DNA of 64,000 bases, from positions 29,884,001 through 29,948,000 of the forward strand of contig NC_043003.1 of NCBI RefSeq assembly GCF_006345805.1. Direction: 5' to 3'. Position numbers and translations under genes: made by a program. Of this stretch, positions 1-13,570 are shown piece after piece. Within the stretch, counting starts at the first letter, position 1. Each line of letters opens with the position of its first letter. Source of the DNA: Octopus sinensis. Lineage: Eukaryota. Below the pieces are notes generated by a model that was not told the origin of the DNA, searched no databases, and saw nothing but the letters and a program-made list of their open reading frames with translations.

Positions 1-159
1 TTTGTAGCTAAAGTGTGAGGGTCAACACACACTCCACATCTTAGTATTTTTTCTGAACCAAATTTTTAACTTTTAATTCACCTGAAGAAAATAGTATTTT
101 TCATGATGTGATCAAATTATTCTTCAATAAAAAATGCTTCTGAAACAGCTGTATATTCA

Positions 160-178
160 CACACACACACGCACACCC

Positions 179-213
<35 letters not shown>

Positions 214-287
214 TATTTAATAATATCAGGGCAAGAAAAATTTTAGAATTTTTTACTAGTCAATAATAATATAACGTCTAAATACAC

Positions 288-326
<39 letters not shown>

Positions 327-530
327 CATACATACACACACACACACACATACATATATTGCCCAAAATGGTCATGACTTCTGGGGCTTGACTGATGAAA
401 GAAAGCCAAGAATGACCCATCTTTTTGTTGCCTGTCCTTCTAATTGTTGTTTCTCTTGTCTGCTTATGTATCGTAAATCTCTCCAAATGTATTAATGCCC
501 TCTATTGTGTTTTTGTTCCATTCTTATGTT

Positions 531-573
<43 letters not shown>

Positions 574-615
574 TCATATATATACATACATATACATACA
601 TACATACATACATAC

Positions 616-655
<40 letters not shown>

Positions 656-740
656 GTACGTGTGTGTGTGTGTATGTATGTAATGTATGTATATACACAT
701 ACACACACAAATATATATACATACATATATATATATATAT
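160..740. repeat. (TA)n/(CA)n/(TG)n microsatellite cluster
   Basis: Dinucleotide runs seen directly; they generate the spurious YIYI/HTHT ORFs. Confidence 0.95.
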
Positions 741-748
741 GCTTGCAG

Positions 749-831
749 GTGATTTTTTCAACAGTTGTCTCATATTATTTGAAACTCCATGAGAAAAATA
801 ACTTTGTTGTTATTGGAGATATTCCATCTGG
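749..831 (+). CDS. SLC26: SLC26 coding exon ([28 protein letters not shown])
   Basis: ttgcag acceptor, GG|gtaag donor, 83 nt, VIGDIPSG motif. Confidence 0.9.
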
Positions 832-1234
832 GTAAGATTAAGATTTTAATACTGTATTAAAAATGTTAATTTAATTGTTTCAACATCAGAAATAATTACA
901 ATAAATAGAAATAATTTGATTAAGGAAAAAATATTTAGGTTTAGTTAACTCTAAATATTTCTGTCTTGTTACTCATTATCTGTAGTTAAATTATATCCTT
1001 TGGCATTGCTTGTTGGTCCTTTAGAAACCAGTTTATTATTTAGAAATCATTGTCCTCTTCATCATTGCTTTAACAACATCTACATGCCAAGCAAGGTAAT
1101 ATTTGCTCATGACCACACAAGTTTCTGCACAATATTGGAAATGGACGACACTGCTTATATCACCGAGACACTCATTTGCACAATGTCAAATCAAGTAAAC
1201 ACAAACATGCACACACTCACATGCATGATTACAT

Positions 1235-1292
<58 letters not shown>

Positions 1293-2992
1293 TCATACAC
1301 ATATTTTGTGAAGGGATAGAATATAATATTCAAACAGAAAAAAATGTGTGACTGTATGTACTCATTCATGCACATACTTGATAAATAGTACATTGAATGC
1401 CTTCCCACCACCAAAAAAAAGGAAACAATCATTATTCACAAATGGTTATCATCTGGTAGCATGCACCATGTTTTTGCTAACTATTTTTGGTATATATATA
1501 GTCACCAGCAAACACTGATATCCTTCTGGTAGATCTGCCTTTAACCCAGCAGAACATTCAAGATGTGACAGCTGGAGATAGGCTGAAGACTACACCAATT
1601 TCTGGCTAGTTGCCATTTGAGTTGACTGAAGCTATGGGAAATAAAGTATCCTGCTGAAGGACATAATACACTAACTAATTCAGGAACCGAACCCATGACC
1701 ATGAGCCCAGCATTTTATTCATTATGCCATTTGCCTTCACTGCTCCAGAAAATGTGATAAATTCATCATCATCATCATCATCATCATCGTTTAACGTCCG
1801 CTTTCCATGCTAGCATGGGTTGGACGGTTCAAATTGATTATACAATTATAAAAATGGCCTTTACTGTTACACTACACCCTAGTACACTTTACTGTTACAC
1901 TACATATTGTGGCCTTTACTGTTACACTGTAATCTCCTGTAGCCAAACTAATAAGAGTGGGGTTCAGACAGTACATCAGCCAAGGCCCTGAAAACCAAGG
2001 AGAAAAGGGGGGAAAAAACTGACAACCTTTTTGTATTTTGAAAGGTCCTTTCATTTCTCAGGCACCAAAAGAAATTTTAGGCTACCTTGAAAAATTTCTG
2101 CCTGTGTCCTGAATTGTCATATCATCTGCTTCTGTTATATTGAATGTCTCTACCATAAACACATTGGACTACATCTTAATTTTTGACTGATTCTTAAATC
2201 GTATTCCCCATAATTTCACTCCAATTTCCACTCACTTCAGTTACACCACACCACAGTATAGTTATCATAGTTACAGATAACTACTGTTTTTTTGCCACAA
2301 CACCCTACACTTTTCTCACTTCAGAGACACTCAACACTACATCGGATGCTTACACTGCACACTGCCCTTGCTTAGTCGCATAACATTGAGCTACACACAA
2401 CTTAAGCACATCATACTTTTCCCATTTCAGACACTCAAGGTGACACTCATCTCAGACACACTACACTATGTTTAATTCACTAAGTTCCCAACACCTCTGG
2501 ATTTTTTTTTTAGTCTTATTCCTTCAGATGTTGGATGTTTGCTTTTAAATATTTATTATGACTACTAAGACCTACATCCAAAATTGGTTCCACCTTGACT
2601 CATACCCTAAAACCCTAATTATAACAGTGACTTCTGACCCAACAAATAGCCAAATATTTTCAAACTCTATCAGTTCTAATATTCCTTAAGCTGTTTGTTA
2701 CTATACTTCTATTGAAATACACTACTTCATTTCATGTTTTGAAAATAATGAATTTAATAAAAAAATTCATTATTAAGCAGGTGTTTGCAACATATATTAA
2801 TATAAAATTTTGATAGGTTTTAATTTATATTACTTTAAAGAAGGAAATTTGCACCAAGGTCAGTCTCTTGTGGGTTGGTATCAAAAGGGTGGACATGTAT
2901 TTACTGTTATGTTACCTATTTTTAGTTAAAACTCTATAAAATTTCCTATCTTTTTGATAGATTTTTGTTTCTCCATTTCCTTTGTCTTCCAG

Positions 2993-3140
2993 GTTGCCTA
3001 TGCCAGTTCTGCCTGACATCTCTTACGCTGCAGATTACATTTCTCAGAGTATCATAATTGGTCTTGTAGCCTTTGCTCAGTCAATATCTGTTGCTGTTAT
3101 AATTGCACGGAAAGAAGGCTATGACATAAATGCTAATAAG
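2993..3140 (+). CDS. SLC26: SLC26 coding exon (LPMPVLP...GYDINANK)
   Basis: ttccag acceptor, AAG|gtaagc donor, 148 nt, phase matches previous exon. Confidence 0.93.
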
Positions 3141-3224
3141 GTAAGCTTTTTTCCAATCAGACATCATCTGTGTTACAGGTGGTGTATTAATGGTGAAGCA
3201 CACCAATTGCATTTAAAATATGAA

Positions 3225-4845
3225 TGCTGCTTAGCCCAACTAACTAGGGAGAGTCAGTCTAGACGAGATGCAGTTTGACTTTGTGCCAGGGAAAAGCACC
3301 ACTGATGCTATATTTCTGGGAAGACAGATGCAGGAGAAATACCTAGCCAAAGATAAACCTCTGTACCTGGCTTTTGTTGACATGGAGAAAGACTTTGACA
3401 GGGTGCCCCGATCCTTTATCTGGTGGTCAAATCAGAAACTAGGGATAGATGAGTGGTTAATGAGAGCTGTACAAGCCATATATAGGGATGCTGTCAGTAA
3501 GGTGAGGGTTGGCAATGAAGAATTCCGGTTAGGAGTAGGAGTCCACAAAGGATCAGTCATATCCCCCTCTTATTCATCAAAGTCCTCCAAGCAATAACAG
3601 GAATTCAAGACTGGATGCCCCTGGGAGTTTCTCTATGCTGATAACCTTACTCTAATAGCTGAGTCACTATCAGAACTAAAGGAGAAGTTTCAGGTGTGGA
3701 AGCAAGATCTAGAATCAAAGGACCTTAGAGCCAACCTAGCCAAAACCAAAATCTTAATAAGTAGGAAGGCAGACAAACCACAAATCTCTTCAGGTAGATG
3801 GCCCTGCTCAACCTGTAGAAAAGGCGCAGGTAGAAACTCTATAAGATGTACCTGGTCTATGCTATGGACACATAAGAGGTGCAGCAATATAAAAGGAAGG
3901 CTAACTGGGAAGTAAAGAGAGACTGCATGATACATGTGTGCAAACAGCCATGCTACATGGCAGTGAAACATGGGCTGTGACTGCTGAGGACATGCGTAAA
4001 CTTGCAAGGAATGAAGCTAGTGTGCTCCACTGGATGTGTAATGCCAGTGTGCGTACACAACAGAGTGTAAGCGCCCTGAGAGAAGCATCAGATGTGGTGT
4101 GCAAGAGAGACGACTGTGCTGGTATGGTCATGTGTTGTGTATAGATGATGACAGCTGTATGAAAAAGTGTCACACCCTAGCAGTAGAGGGAACCTGTGGA
4201 AGAGGAAGACCTGGGATAAGGTGCTGAAGCTTGACCTTTGAAAGTTGGGCTTCACCAAGGCAACGACAACTGACCAAGACCTTTGAAGATATGCTGTGCT
4301 TGAGAAGACCTGGCAAGCCAAGTGAGACTGTAAGCGTGGCCTATGCCAGTGCAACACAACCAGCCCATTTAAGAGTACCCTTCAATCATTGGACAATAAA
4401 CTGCACTTGCAAAGACCTGTTGAAGCAAGTGAAGTCGTTGTCATGGCTAATGACAGTACCACTTAATTGGCACATAAAAAGCACCATTTGAGAATGGTAG
4501 ATGCCAGTGCTACCTGACTGGTCCTGTGCCAGTGGCACATAAAAGACACCACTTGAGTGTGATCATTGCCAGTACCACCTGACTGGCCCCTGTGCCAGTG
4601 GCACATTAAAAGCACCATTCAAACGTGGCCGATGCCAATATTGCCTTATGCTGGTGACACATAAAAGCACCCACTGCACTCTCGGAGTGGTTGGTGTTAG
4701 GAAGGACATCCAGCTGTAGAAACATTGCCAGATTGGATTGGAGCCCGGTGCAGCCTTCTGGCTCGCCAACCCTCAGTCAAACTGTCCAACCCATGCCAGC
4801 ATGGAAAACAGATGTTAAACGATGACAATGATGATGATGATTTAA
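3225..4845 (+). mobile_element. degenerate 5'-truncated RTE-clade LINE (RT fragment, 3' UTR, (GAT)n tail)
   Basis: MQFDFVPGKSTTDAIF, AFVDMEKDFDRVP, AMLHGSETWA; same family as the 40794-43987 copy. Confidence 0.9.
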
Positions 4846-6595
4846 ATGTATCCAATGATTAGTCCACTGGTTAGTTAGTGTTAGGAAGGGCATCCAGCCA
4901 TAAAAACTGCCAAAACAGACACAGAAGTTTAGTGCAGTCTTCTGCCTAGCCACTTCCTGTCAAACCATCCAACCCATGCCAGCAGATGTTAAACAATGAT
5001 GATGGTGATGAATCTGAAATCCATTAATTTGGGACCCATTCAGCCAAGAGATCACTGTATTTCATGGCTGGAGTTTGTTGCACATGGCATTCTACATTAT
5101 ATTATTCATCATCATCCTCATCAGCAGCAGCAACAACAACAACAGCAACATCATCATCATTTAATATCCATGTTCCATGTGAGCATAGGCTAGATAGTTC
5201 AACTGGATCTGATAAGCTAGAGGACTGCACTGAGCTCCAATGTATGCTTTGACAGTGTTTTCTATAGCTGGATGCCCTCCCTAATACCAGCTACTTTACA
5301 GAGTGTGCTGGTGCTTTTTCATGGCACAAGTACCAGTAACTCATAAGACAAAAAGCCACTAGACAAAGTGGAGGTGTAGTATTGAGTGAGGTGACTCTAT
5401 GTCAAGTCTTGAGAGGTTAAAGTAGGATAAAGTGACAGGAACAGGTGTCTTGCTGTAGAGGAGAGACATGACTATTCCAGCTTATGTCTGTCTGTCTCTC
5501 TCTCCACCTCTTTCTCTGACACATATATACACTATTAATATATTTGTCTATAACTTCATACTTAATTGTGACATCATTATTAAAAGTTAAATATAGACTG
5601 TTGAGGACAACAGCAAATCTCAATTATTTAAACTGAGAAACTGATTTGCCCTTGGTAAAAATGTGAGTATAACATGAGCTAATAAGGGAAGCATCTTTGC
5701 AGTCAATAAACCTTTTATCAATAGCAGTGAAATCTCACTTGGATTACACTCCAGTCTCTTATAAAAAGGACAGTGGGTAATGTAGCTTAAGATGCATTAT
5801 ATTTGAATATAATATGAAGTGGTCATTACACATTTAATCACAAGCCTGTTAGATCAATAAAGGCTAATGAGAAGTTAAACAACAAGGAAGGCCACATTAA
5901 ATAATGCATTCCTAGATATACTATAAATAAGAGATGAGATGGTCACTTTGATCATAGGTCTATTGGCTCGATCAGGACTGATGTTGAGCTAAACAATAAC
6001 AAAGCAGGGTATATTAAATGACAAAGTCCAAGGGATACTATCTGAATAATATACGAAGTGGTCATGATTGGAATACCATTGCTCATTGGTTTGTTAGATT
6101 AATTGATGTTAGTATTGAGCTAATCAACAACAAAAACAAAAATATAAATTCAATAATATCATCATCATCATCATCAGTGTTTAACATCTGCTTTCTATGC
6201 TGGCATGGATTAGACGGTTTGACATGGAGCTGGCAATCTGGAAGCTGTCCTAGCTCCAATTGTCTGTGGTAGCATGGTTTCTACAGCTGGATGCCCTTCT
6301 TAACACCAACCACTTAGCAATGTGTTCTGGATACTTTGTACATGACACTGGCATGGGTGCATTATACAACACCAGCTTTTATGTGGAAATAGCCACATAG
6401 TCCAATATATGCTTTTTTTTTGCCATGCATCTGTGTAAAAGATGTGATGGTCAATGCTGGAACACTTTAATCATAGGTCTGCTCAATCAGGACTGACTTG
6501 GAGCCAAGGGCCAAACATCAATAACATGTAAACATTACAATCTTCTATTTCTTCTGTTTATGCAAAATATCAGGCTTCTCATAATAATAATAAAT

Positions 6596-7135
6596 GCCCT
6601 AATGTAGTACCAGGCAATGGCTCTCATGGCTTCTGATCTTAACTGGTTGGAAGTGTTATCATGTACATTGTTTTGTCTTGGCATAAAAGATGGGCTACAG
6701 CAAATATTCTGCTCAATACCACAGATTTACTTGTCAGTTGTTTGACCTTAACCAGTTGAGCATGTCCCTTAGTGGCTGATGATATGTACATCTCTGATCA
6801 TGAGTAGAAGTAGCCATATGTTGAAAGGGATTCTTTGGGGTTTGAATAATTCACCTCTGGAAACATGGGCATTTCGTTCAACATCCTTAAACAACCTTTA
6901 TTCAGGGACCTTTTGAGTGGGATGGGTTACTCGACCAGAAGAAAATTCCAACTGGGCCCCACCTGCAAGGTCATGTGTTGTTTATCTTGATATGAGATCA
7001 CCATGTCGCGCACATATGGTTGTGACACATGTGCCTAGTGTACCCTTATCAGACGGGTAGTCATGATGGGTATACTGGGCTTCATATATTTTACCCCAGT
7101 GTCACTTTGATGGCATGCACTGCTCTCTCACTCAA
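6596..7135. repeat. unclassified interspersed element bounded by (TAA)n tracts
   Basis: About 540 bp of higher-GC sequence starting and ending exactly at (AAT)n runs; no ORF recognised. Confidence 0.4.
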
Positions 7136-7335
7136 TAATAATAAAATAATAGTAATGATAATAATAATAATAATCCTTCTATACATAATAATAATCTTTC
7201 TACTATAAGCACAAAGCCTGAAATTTGGGGGAAGAGGACTAGTTGAATACATTGACCCCAGTGTTTTACTGGTGCTTAATATATTGACGTCAAATGGATG
7301 AAAGGCATAGTTGGTCTCAGCGGTATCTGAATTCA

Positions 7336-7372
<37 letters not shown>

Positions 7373-7373
<1 letters not shown>

Positions 7374-7830
7374 GGCAAAAGAATTTGACAAGCTCACAAA
7401 ATATAAAGACCTGCTAGCGAAAGAATTTGACAAGCTCAGAAAGTATAAAGACCCGCTCAATGAAATTGAGAAAATGTGGCATCTCAAGGCAGTTACAATA
7501 CCAGTGATCGTAGGAGCACTAGGAATGATCAAGAAGGGAACCGGAAATTATATGAGAATGATCCCTGGCTTACCATCCCTGCAAGAAGTGCAAAAGATTG
7601 TCTTAACTGGTACATCACACGTATTGAGAAGAGCATTGTTGATGTGAGAACTATTACTACCCATGTATTTTAATTTATCTTTATTTCTATCAAAAAAAAA
7701 AAATGAACGAACTAGTGAGTTTAGTTTAATGGCCTACCAATGTATACTATGAGTTTCTTTGCCCTAGGAGTCGGGAAAACACTCGGCAAGAAATGGAAGC
7801 AAATTTGAAAGAAGAAGAAAAACCCATAAA
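7373..7830 (+). mobile_element. R4/Dong-like non-LTR retrotransposon 3' fragment (end of restriction-like endonuclease)
   Basis: KEFDKLRKYKDP..EIEKMWHLKAVTIPVIVGALG...LTGTSHVLRRAL; flanked on both sides by (TAA)n. Confidence 0.8.
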
Positions 7831-8129
7831 TAATAATAATAATAATAATGATAATAATAAATAATAATAATAATAATCCTTTCAACTATAAACACAAGGC
7901 CTGAAATTTTGGGGAAAGGAAGCTAGTTGATTACATCAATCCCGTTGATCAACTTGTACTTATTTCATTGATTCTGAAAGGATGAAAGTCAAAGCTGACC
8001 TTGGTGGAATTTGAACTCAGAACATAAAGACAAACGATATACAACTAAGTATTTTATCCCACATGCTAATGATTCTGCCTGCTTGCTACCCTAATAATAA
8101 TGATAATAATAAAGACAATAATGATCCGA

Positions 8130-9450
8130 GTTAAATGCACATAATAAGGCGTTAGCTATAAATTCCTTAGCAGTTCCAGTTGTTATTTACAGTTTCAATG
8201 TGTTGGACTAGAATATGAATGAAATAAGGAAGATTGACAGGAAAATCCATAAGCTACTGACTTGCAATAAGATGCATTACTCAGAGGCAGATGCAGATCA
8301 TCTTTACCTTCCCAGAATCCAAAGACGTTGAGGCTTGATCGAATTTTAAATCTCTTACCAAACCACCACTATTGGACAGGCCAAATATCTTGAAACATTT
8401 ATCAACTGGATGCTAAAACTCGTTAAAAACTACAAGAAACATAAGAAGCTTCATTCTGTCATGAAGGAGAGCAAAAAATTTATTGAGTTCATGCATAATG
8501 TCCAGATTGAACAACAGGCAAAGTAAAATGCATTTGAAAAAGACCTCTGCATGGCAAATATGTGGCCCATAGCAAACAAGCCGATGTAGACCAAAAGCAC
8601 ACCCACTAGTGGCTATGGAGCTCAAGGATAAAGGCAGAGGACATAGGCTTTATCTTAGCTGCTCATGATCAGAGATAATTGATGTGGAACTACCAAGCCA
8701 ACATGATGAAAAATGGAGTAGATCCAAAGTCCTGATACCTTTAAGACGAAATTGAAACAGTAGACTATCCAATCTCTGGGTATAAGGTTTTAGCACCAGG
8801 AGAGTATAAATCCAGACACAACATAGTTGGCCAATATCTACACAGGGTAATATGTTGGCATTATAAAATTAAAATTATTGACAAATAGTACAAGCACCAT
8901 CCTGAGGCTGTAACTGAGGGAGAAAATGTAATGATTCTTTGGGACTTTCCAGTACATATAGATCAGACCATTAAAGATAATAAACCAGATATTGTAGTGA
9001 AAGACCAAAACAAAATCTGTTTATTGCTTGATATGAGCATACCTTGTGATCATAATATCTCTGCAAAAGAATTTGATAAGCTCAGAAAATATAAAGATCT
9101 GATTGAAATAAAAATAATGTGGCATCTCAAGACAGTTACAATATCAGTGATTGTAGGAGTAATTGGAATGATCAAAAAGAGAACTGAAAATTATTTGAGG
9201 ATGATTCCTGGCTCACCATCCATGCAAGAAGTGCAAAAATTTGTCTTAATTGGTACATCACACATATTGAGAAGTGCATTGTTGCTGTGAATTTTCTTTT
9301 TCCCCGTATTTTCTTTGTTTTCTTTTTCATTTCTTTTCCTTCTTTCCTCTTTCTTTCTATCACATGACTTTGTAAATAAACAATCTGGTGTGTTTATTTT
9401 AATGGCCTACCAATGTATACAGTGAGTTTCTTTGCCCCAGATATTGGGAA
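8130..9450 (+). mobile_element. older R4/Dong-like LINE 3' fragment
   Basis: ILWDFPVHIDQTIKDNKPDIVV..LLDMSIP RLE motif; 3' UTR shared with the 7373 copy. Confidence 0.8.
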
Positions 9451-9506
9451 GAAGAAGATATATTTACCAGTTTTATACCTGAAGTTTATTGTCTTTTTTT
9501 TTGCAG

Positions 9507-9620
9507 GAGTTAATTGCATATGGGGCTGTCAACATCATATGTCCTATATTTAATTGCTTCACTGCAGCTGGTGCACTTTCCCGTACAACTGTACAGTTTT
9601 CCAGTGGGGGTAAGTCTCAG
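9507..9620 (+). CDS. SLC26: SLC26 coding exon (ELIAYGAVN...[16 protein letters not shown]), TM9-TM10 anion-binding region
   Basis: ttgcag acceptor, CAG|gtaagt donor, 114 nt. Confidence 0.95.
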
Positions 9621-9789
9621 GTAAGTAGACATTACTTTCATTCTTGCAATAATAAGAAACATAACAAAGCAACATATAGCTGTCGCGCCTTAGAATTGAC
9701 AAGGTCACATCAGTGATGGAAATATCCTATTGGATATAAGTTTCTTTTATTTGCTGAGTCTAGTGGAAGGGACAGTGCCCATGGATTTT

Positions 9790-9930
9790 TTACAAACTCT
9801 CCTTGATCATTGAGATTGATGCCATTAATGTTCCTCTTGAACATTTGTAGGTCAATACCTGTGATAAAGATATGAGCTGGGAGAGAATTTCAATGGAAAA
9901 CATCCTGCAGAACAAAGACAAGCATGGTGT
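9790..9930 (-). mobile_element. CR1/Jockey-type LINE ORF2 C-terminal remnant
   Basis: Minus strand reads NSLPAHIFITGIDLQMFKRNINGINL; a similar decayed piece lies at about 10900-11150 on +. Confidence 0.4.
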
Positions 9931-11518
9931 TTAGTACAGGGTTGAAGATGGTGACACATCAAGGATATAAGAAGAGGAGAAATGAATGGGTCAGGAATAC
10001 CTAAATGCTGGTGACCTTAGTCCATCCAGCTCTGAGGAGCAGAGTTATAGTAGTGGCAGGAAAATCAGAGGGAGGAGACAGCATGCTTGTGAATCAGAAG
10101 CTGGGGCATGTTTGTGAGTGACTTTATATCTATCACTCCAGTGGCCTTTTTCTGGATGTGGTGTAGGATGTCTGTGTGTGTGTGTTCAACAACGGCATTG
10201 TTCCAGACATGAGAGTATTACTTCTCAATGAAAGGTACCTACTGACAGATGTCTAATGAAGTTCTGAGGTAAAGTTGTATTATGAGAGATATCTGATCAT
10301 TGCTTTTTTTAATGACAGATGTCTTATGGAAGGTGTTTAATGAGAGATGTCTGTTGATAGCTGTTTTATAAGAGATGTCTGGTGAAAGCTGTTACATAAG
10401 GACAGATGTCTAATGACATTTGATAAAATGACAGCTGTCTAACGATGTTTGATAGAATGACAGATATCTAAAGAATGACAGATGACTAAAGAAGTTTTAT
10501 AAAATGATTTCTATCTGATTCCTATTGTAAATGCATAAATATATTCAAATTAAAAATGTTCAAAGAACATTCTTAATCTGTTCATTAATTCATTGTTAAT
10601 TATCTCATGAAACCAAGGAATTCCAGAATACTTCATACAAATAAATGTTATAATAATTAGCTGAGAATATCGTTGAAATTTCATGGGTTCTGTTTGGTTT
10701 GTTATTATCTATGATTCTCTCACTAAGATCTTTTAAGTTAAGCATTATCAATTTCTTTTGCTTGAACTGTCTAATTATGTCATGAGATAGTGCTGATATA
10801 CACACTGACACTCTATACCACATTCAAAAATGTTATTCAGCTGATTATCAAAGACTCACTAACCAACACACTATAGCCATAAACCCACAGAGAAGCAGTT
10901 TCTTCATTCTGTCCCTTCTACTCTGCTATAATGGCTTCTACTTTTCTGAACTTAAGGTTATGTACCAACTTCACACTAGCTCACTCAGTGCACAACTCTT
11001 TTTCTGTGTCTCACTTCACAAATTCTACACAAAAAAATTTTGCCCATTCCTTCCTTGTCAAAGCTTCCAATTTTCTGGAATTTTCTTCTTATGCTTATTT
11101 TACATATACACATTAACTATCTGATATTCAACCTGAATATCAACCATATTACTCTCCAAAATCTAACTGCAGAAGTTATGGACATCCTCCTTCAACTAAA
11201 TGACAAATAAAAACAAAATATGTTCACATTTTAGAAGTTAGAAATAGGAAGGACATCTGGAAGTAAATTACATTGCCTCAGTAATATACAAATGTCTAAA
11301 TTTGTTTAAAAAGAAACAAACAAAGAATACAATTCATCCATGCAAGAACGGGAAAATGAATGTAAAACAGTAATATATAAAATCCTCTTCTAAGATGCAT
11401 CGTTTCTTTGTAGATACATGGTTCAAAAGTCAAGTTAAACTTTTACAAAAGTTAGGGTTAATATGAAGATGTTTGTGAAAAGTAGATTTCACAACAAATT
11501 GAATTTTCTCATTTCCAG

Positions 11519-11596
11519 ATTGCCAGTCTGTTTGGAAGTTTTTTTGTCTTGCTCATGATTCTAGCTGCTGGACCCCTTCTGAGGCCTCTTCCAAAT
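11519..11596 (+). CDS. SLC26: SLC26 coding exon (IASLFGSFFVLLMILAAGPLLRPLPN)
   Basis: ttccag acceptor, AAT|gtaagt donor, 78 nt. Confidence 0.93.
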
Positions 11597-12549
11597 GTAA
11601 GTTTTACAGTTATTTTTCTCCCAAAACTTGTTCTTTTCTGGACCCTTCTCTCTCACTTTAACCCCTCATCCCATAGTATAAATTTGCCCTCATCTCTACT
11701 GTCATTCTGCTCAGTCAAAAGAGATCCTAGTTTTGCAGACTGCATGGGATTCTCACTAATGCTGGTACCGCAAAGAATGTATCCAGTATATTATGTAAGA
11801 GATTAACATTAGGAAGAGCCTCCAGCTATAGAAACCACACCAGATTAGACATTGGAGCACGATGCACTTCTTGAATTCATTGAATCCTCTCAAACTGTCT
11901 AGCCCATGCTAGCATAGAACATGGACGTTAAATGGTAGTGGTGGTGGTGGTGGTGGAGCAGCAGTGGTGATGGCAACGACAATGATGATGATGATTTCTC
12001 CATGTAAGGTGGCAGATAAGCAGAAACATTAGAATCTACTTTGTGGTATTTATCCTTGCATCTTACATTATGAGTTCAAATTCCATCAGTCATCTGTGCT
12101 GTTCATTCTTCTGAGATCAATGAATATAATTACCGGCCCAGGGAGGTTGAATGGTCTAAATGTTAGAACACTGGAAAAGACACCTTGTGGCATTTGTTCT
12201 GGCTCTTTGTATTCCAAGTTCAAATCTTGTGGCTTTTTTGAGTGGCAGACTTAATCCATCACCTTGATTAACCCCACCACCTGACTTCTTGGATACCTTT
12301 AACAGAAGAATCCATTCTGCTGCAAGCATTCAGGCCAGGTCTCCAGTTTGATGATACCTTTGTCCTTCACCCAATCAGTTTTTTAGGCTTTGTAAAGTGG
12401 GTCATGAGCACCGCTGGAAAAAATATCTGTGATCAAATTATTTTAAATTGCTTTGTGGAACCTTGGGCAACTATCTTCTACTTTAGCCTCAGGCTGGCCA
12501 AAGCTTTGTGAGTGGATTTGGTAACCAAAAATTGAAAGAGTTCAACAAG

Positions 12550-12930
12550 CGCAGGCATGGCTGTGTGGTAAGTAGCTTGCTTCCCAATCACATGGTTCTA
12601 GGTTCAGCCCCACTGTGTGGCATCTTGAGCAAGTGTCTTCCACTATATCCTCAAGCTGACCAAAGCCTTGTGAGTGAATTTGGTAGATGGAAATTGAAAG
12701 AGGCACATCATATGTGTGTGTGTCTTTGTGTCTGTGTTTGTTCCCACCACCATTGTTTGACAACCAGTGTGTTTACATCCCCATAACTTAGCAGTTCAGC
12801 AAAACAGCTGGTGGAATAAGTAACAGGTTTACAAAGAATAAGTTCCGGGGTTGATTTCTTTGACTAAAAGGTGGTACTCCAGCATGGCCAGTCAAATAAC
12901 TGAAACAAGTAAAAGAATAAAAGAATGTAT
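12550..12930 (+). mobile_element. tRNA-derived SINE
   Basis: A-box/B-box-like head (ggctgtgtggtaag...ggttcagcccc), internal (TG)n, A-rich tail; paralogue at 27385. Confidence 0.8.
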
Positions 12931-13269
12931 GTCATCATTATCATCATTTAATGTCCATTGTCCATGCTGGCATGAGTTGGACAGTTTGATAGCTGGCATG
13001 CTGGAAGGCTATGCCAGGCTCCAGTCTGATTTGGTATGGTTTTCTATGGCTGGATGCCCTTCCTAATGCCAACCACTCCAAGAGTGTAATAAGTGCCATT
13101 TGCATGACACTGATATCTGCTATGACTGCGATTTTGCTGGGTTTGATGGGTCTTCTTCTCAAGCACTACATAATGCCAAAAGTCTTGGTCATTGCCTCCA
13201 TGAGGCCCAATGCTTGAAAGGAACTCAGCCACCTTGCTTCTGTGAGATGTGTGTGTGAACATATATATA

Positions 13270-13570
13270 TATATATAGAAGAATACAAAAAATGGAACAA
13301 GAACACAAGAGGTGACAACAAAACATCCAGACAGTTAGATGATACAAAAAAGAGACAAGAATAACAAGGACGGGTCACTCAGAGTTTTCTATCTTCAGTC
13401 AAGTTCTGGATCTTCTCAGCAGTTTTGGCTTGTTATACTTGAGACTGCTCCAATCTTGCCAGCCCAAGAAAAATCTAAGCTAAGAGCACTATATTCTTTG
13501 GAAGAAAGCAACAAAGGTATACAAAAACAAGGACGAAAAAATGGAGAACTGGTACACAAATACAAATGCA
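13270..13570 (+). repeat. unclassified repeat associated with (TA)n, second copy inverted at about 37480-37680
   Basis: Conceptual translations align (GSSQQFWLVILETAPI...LYSLEES vs GSSSQFRLINLEIAPI...LDSLEES). Confidence 0.55.

Noticed and set aside
256-1432. ORFs rich in YIYI, HTHT and CVCV
   Set aside because: Translations of dinucleotide microsatellites; only 749-831 is a real exon.
12550-12630. tRNA genes (also at about 25800-25880, 27385, 32380-32450)
   Set aside because: A/B boxes are present but there is no full cloverleaf, and each continues into a SINE body.
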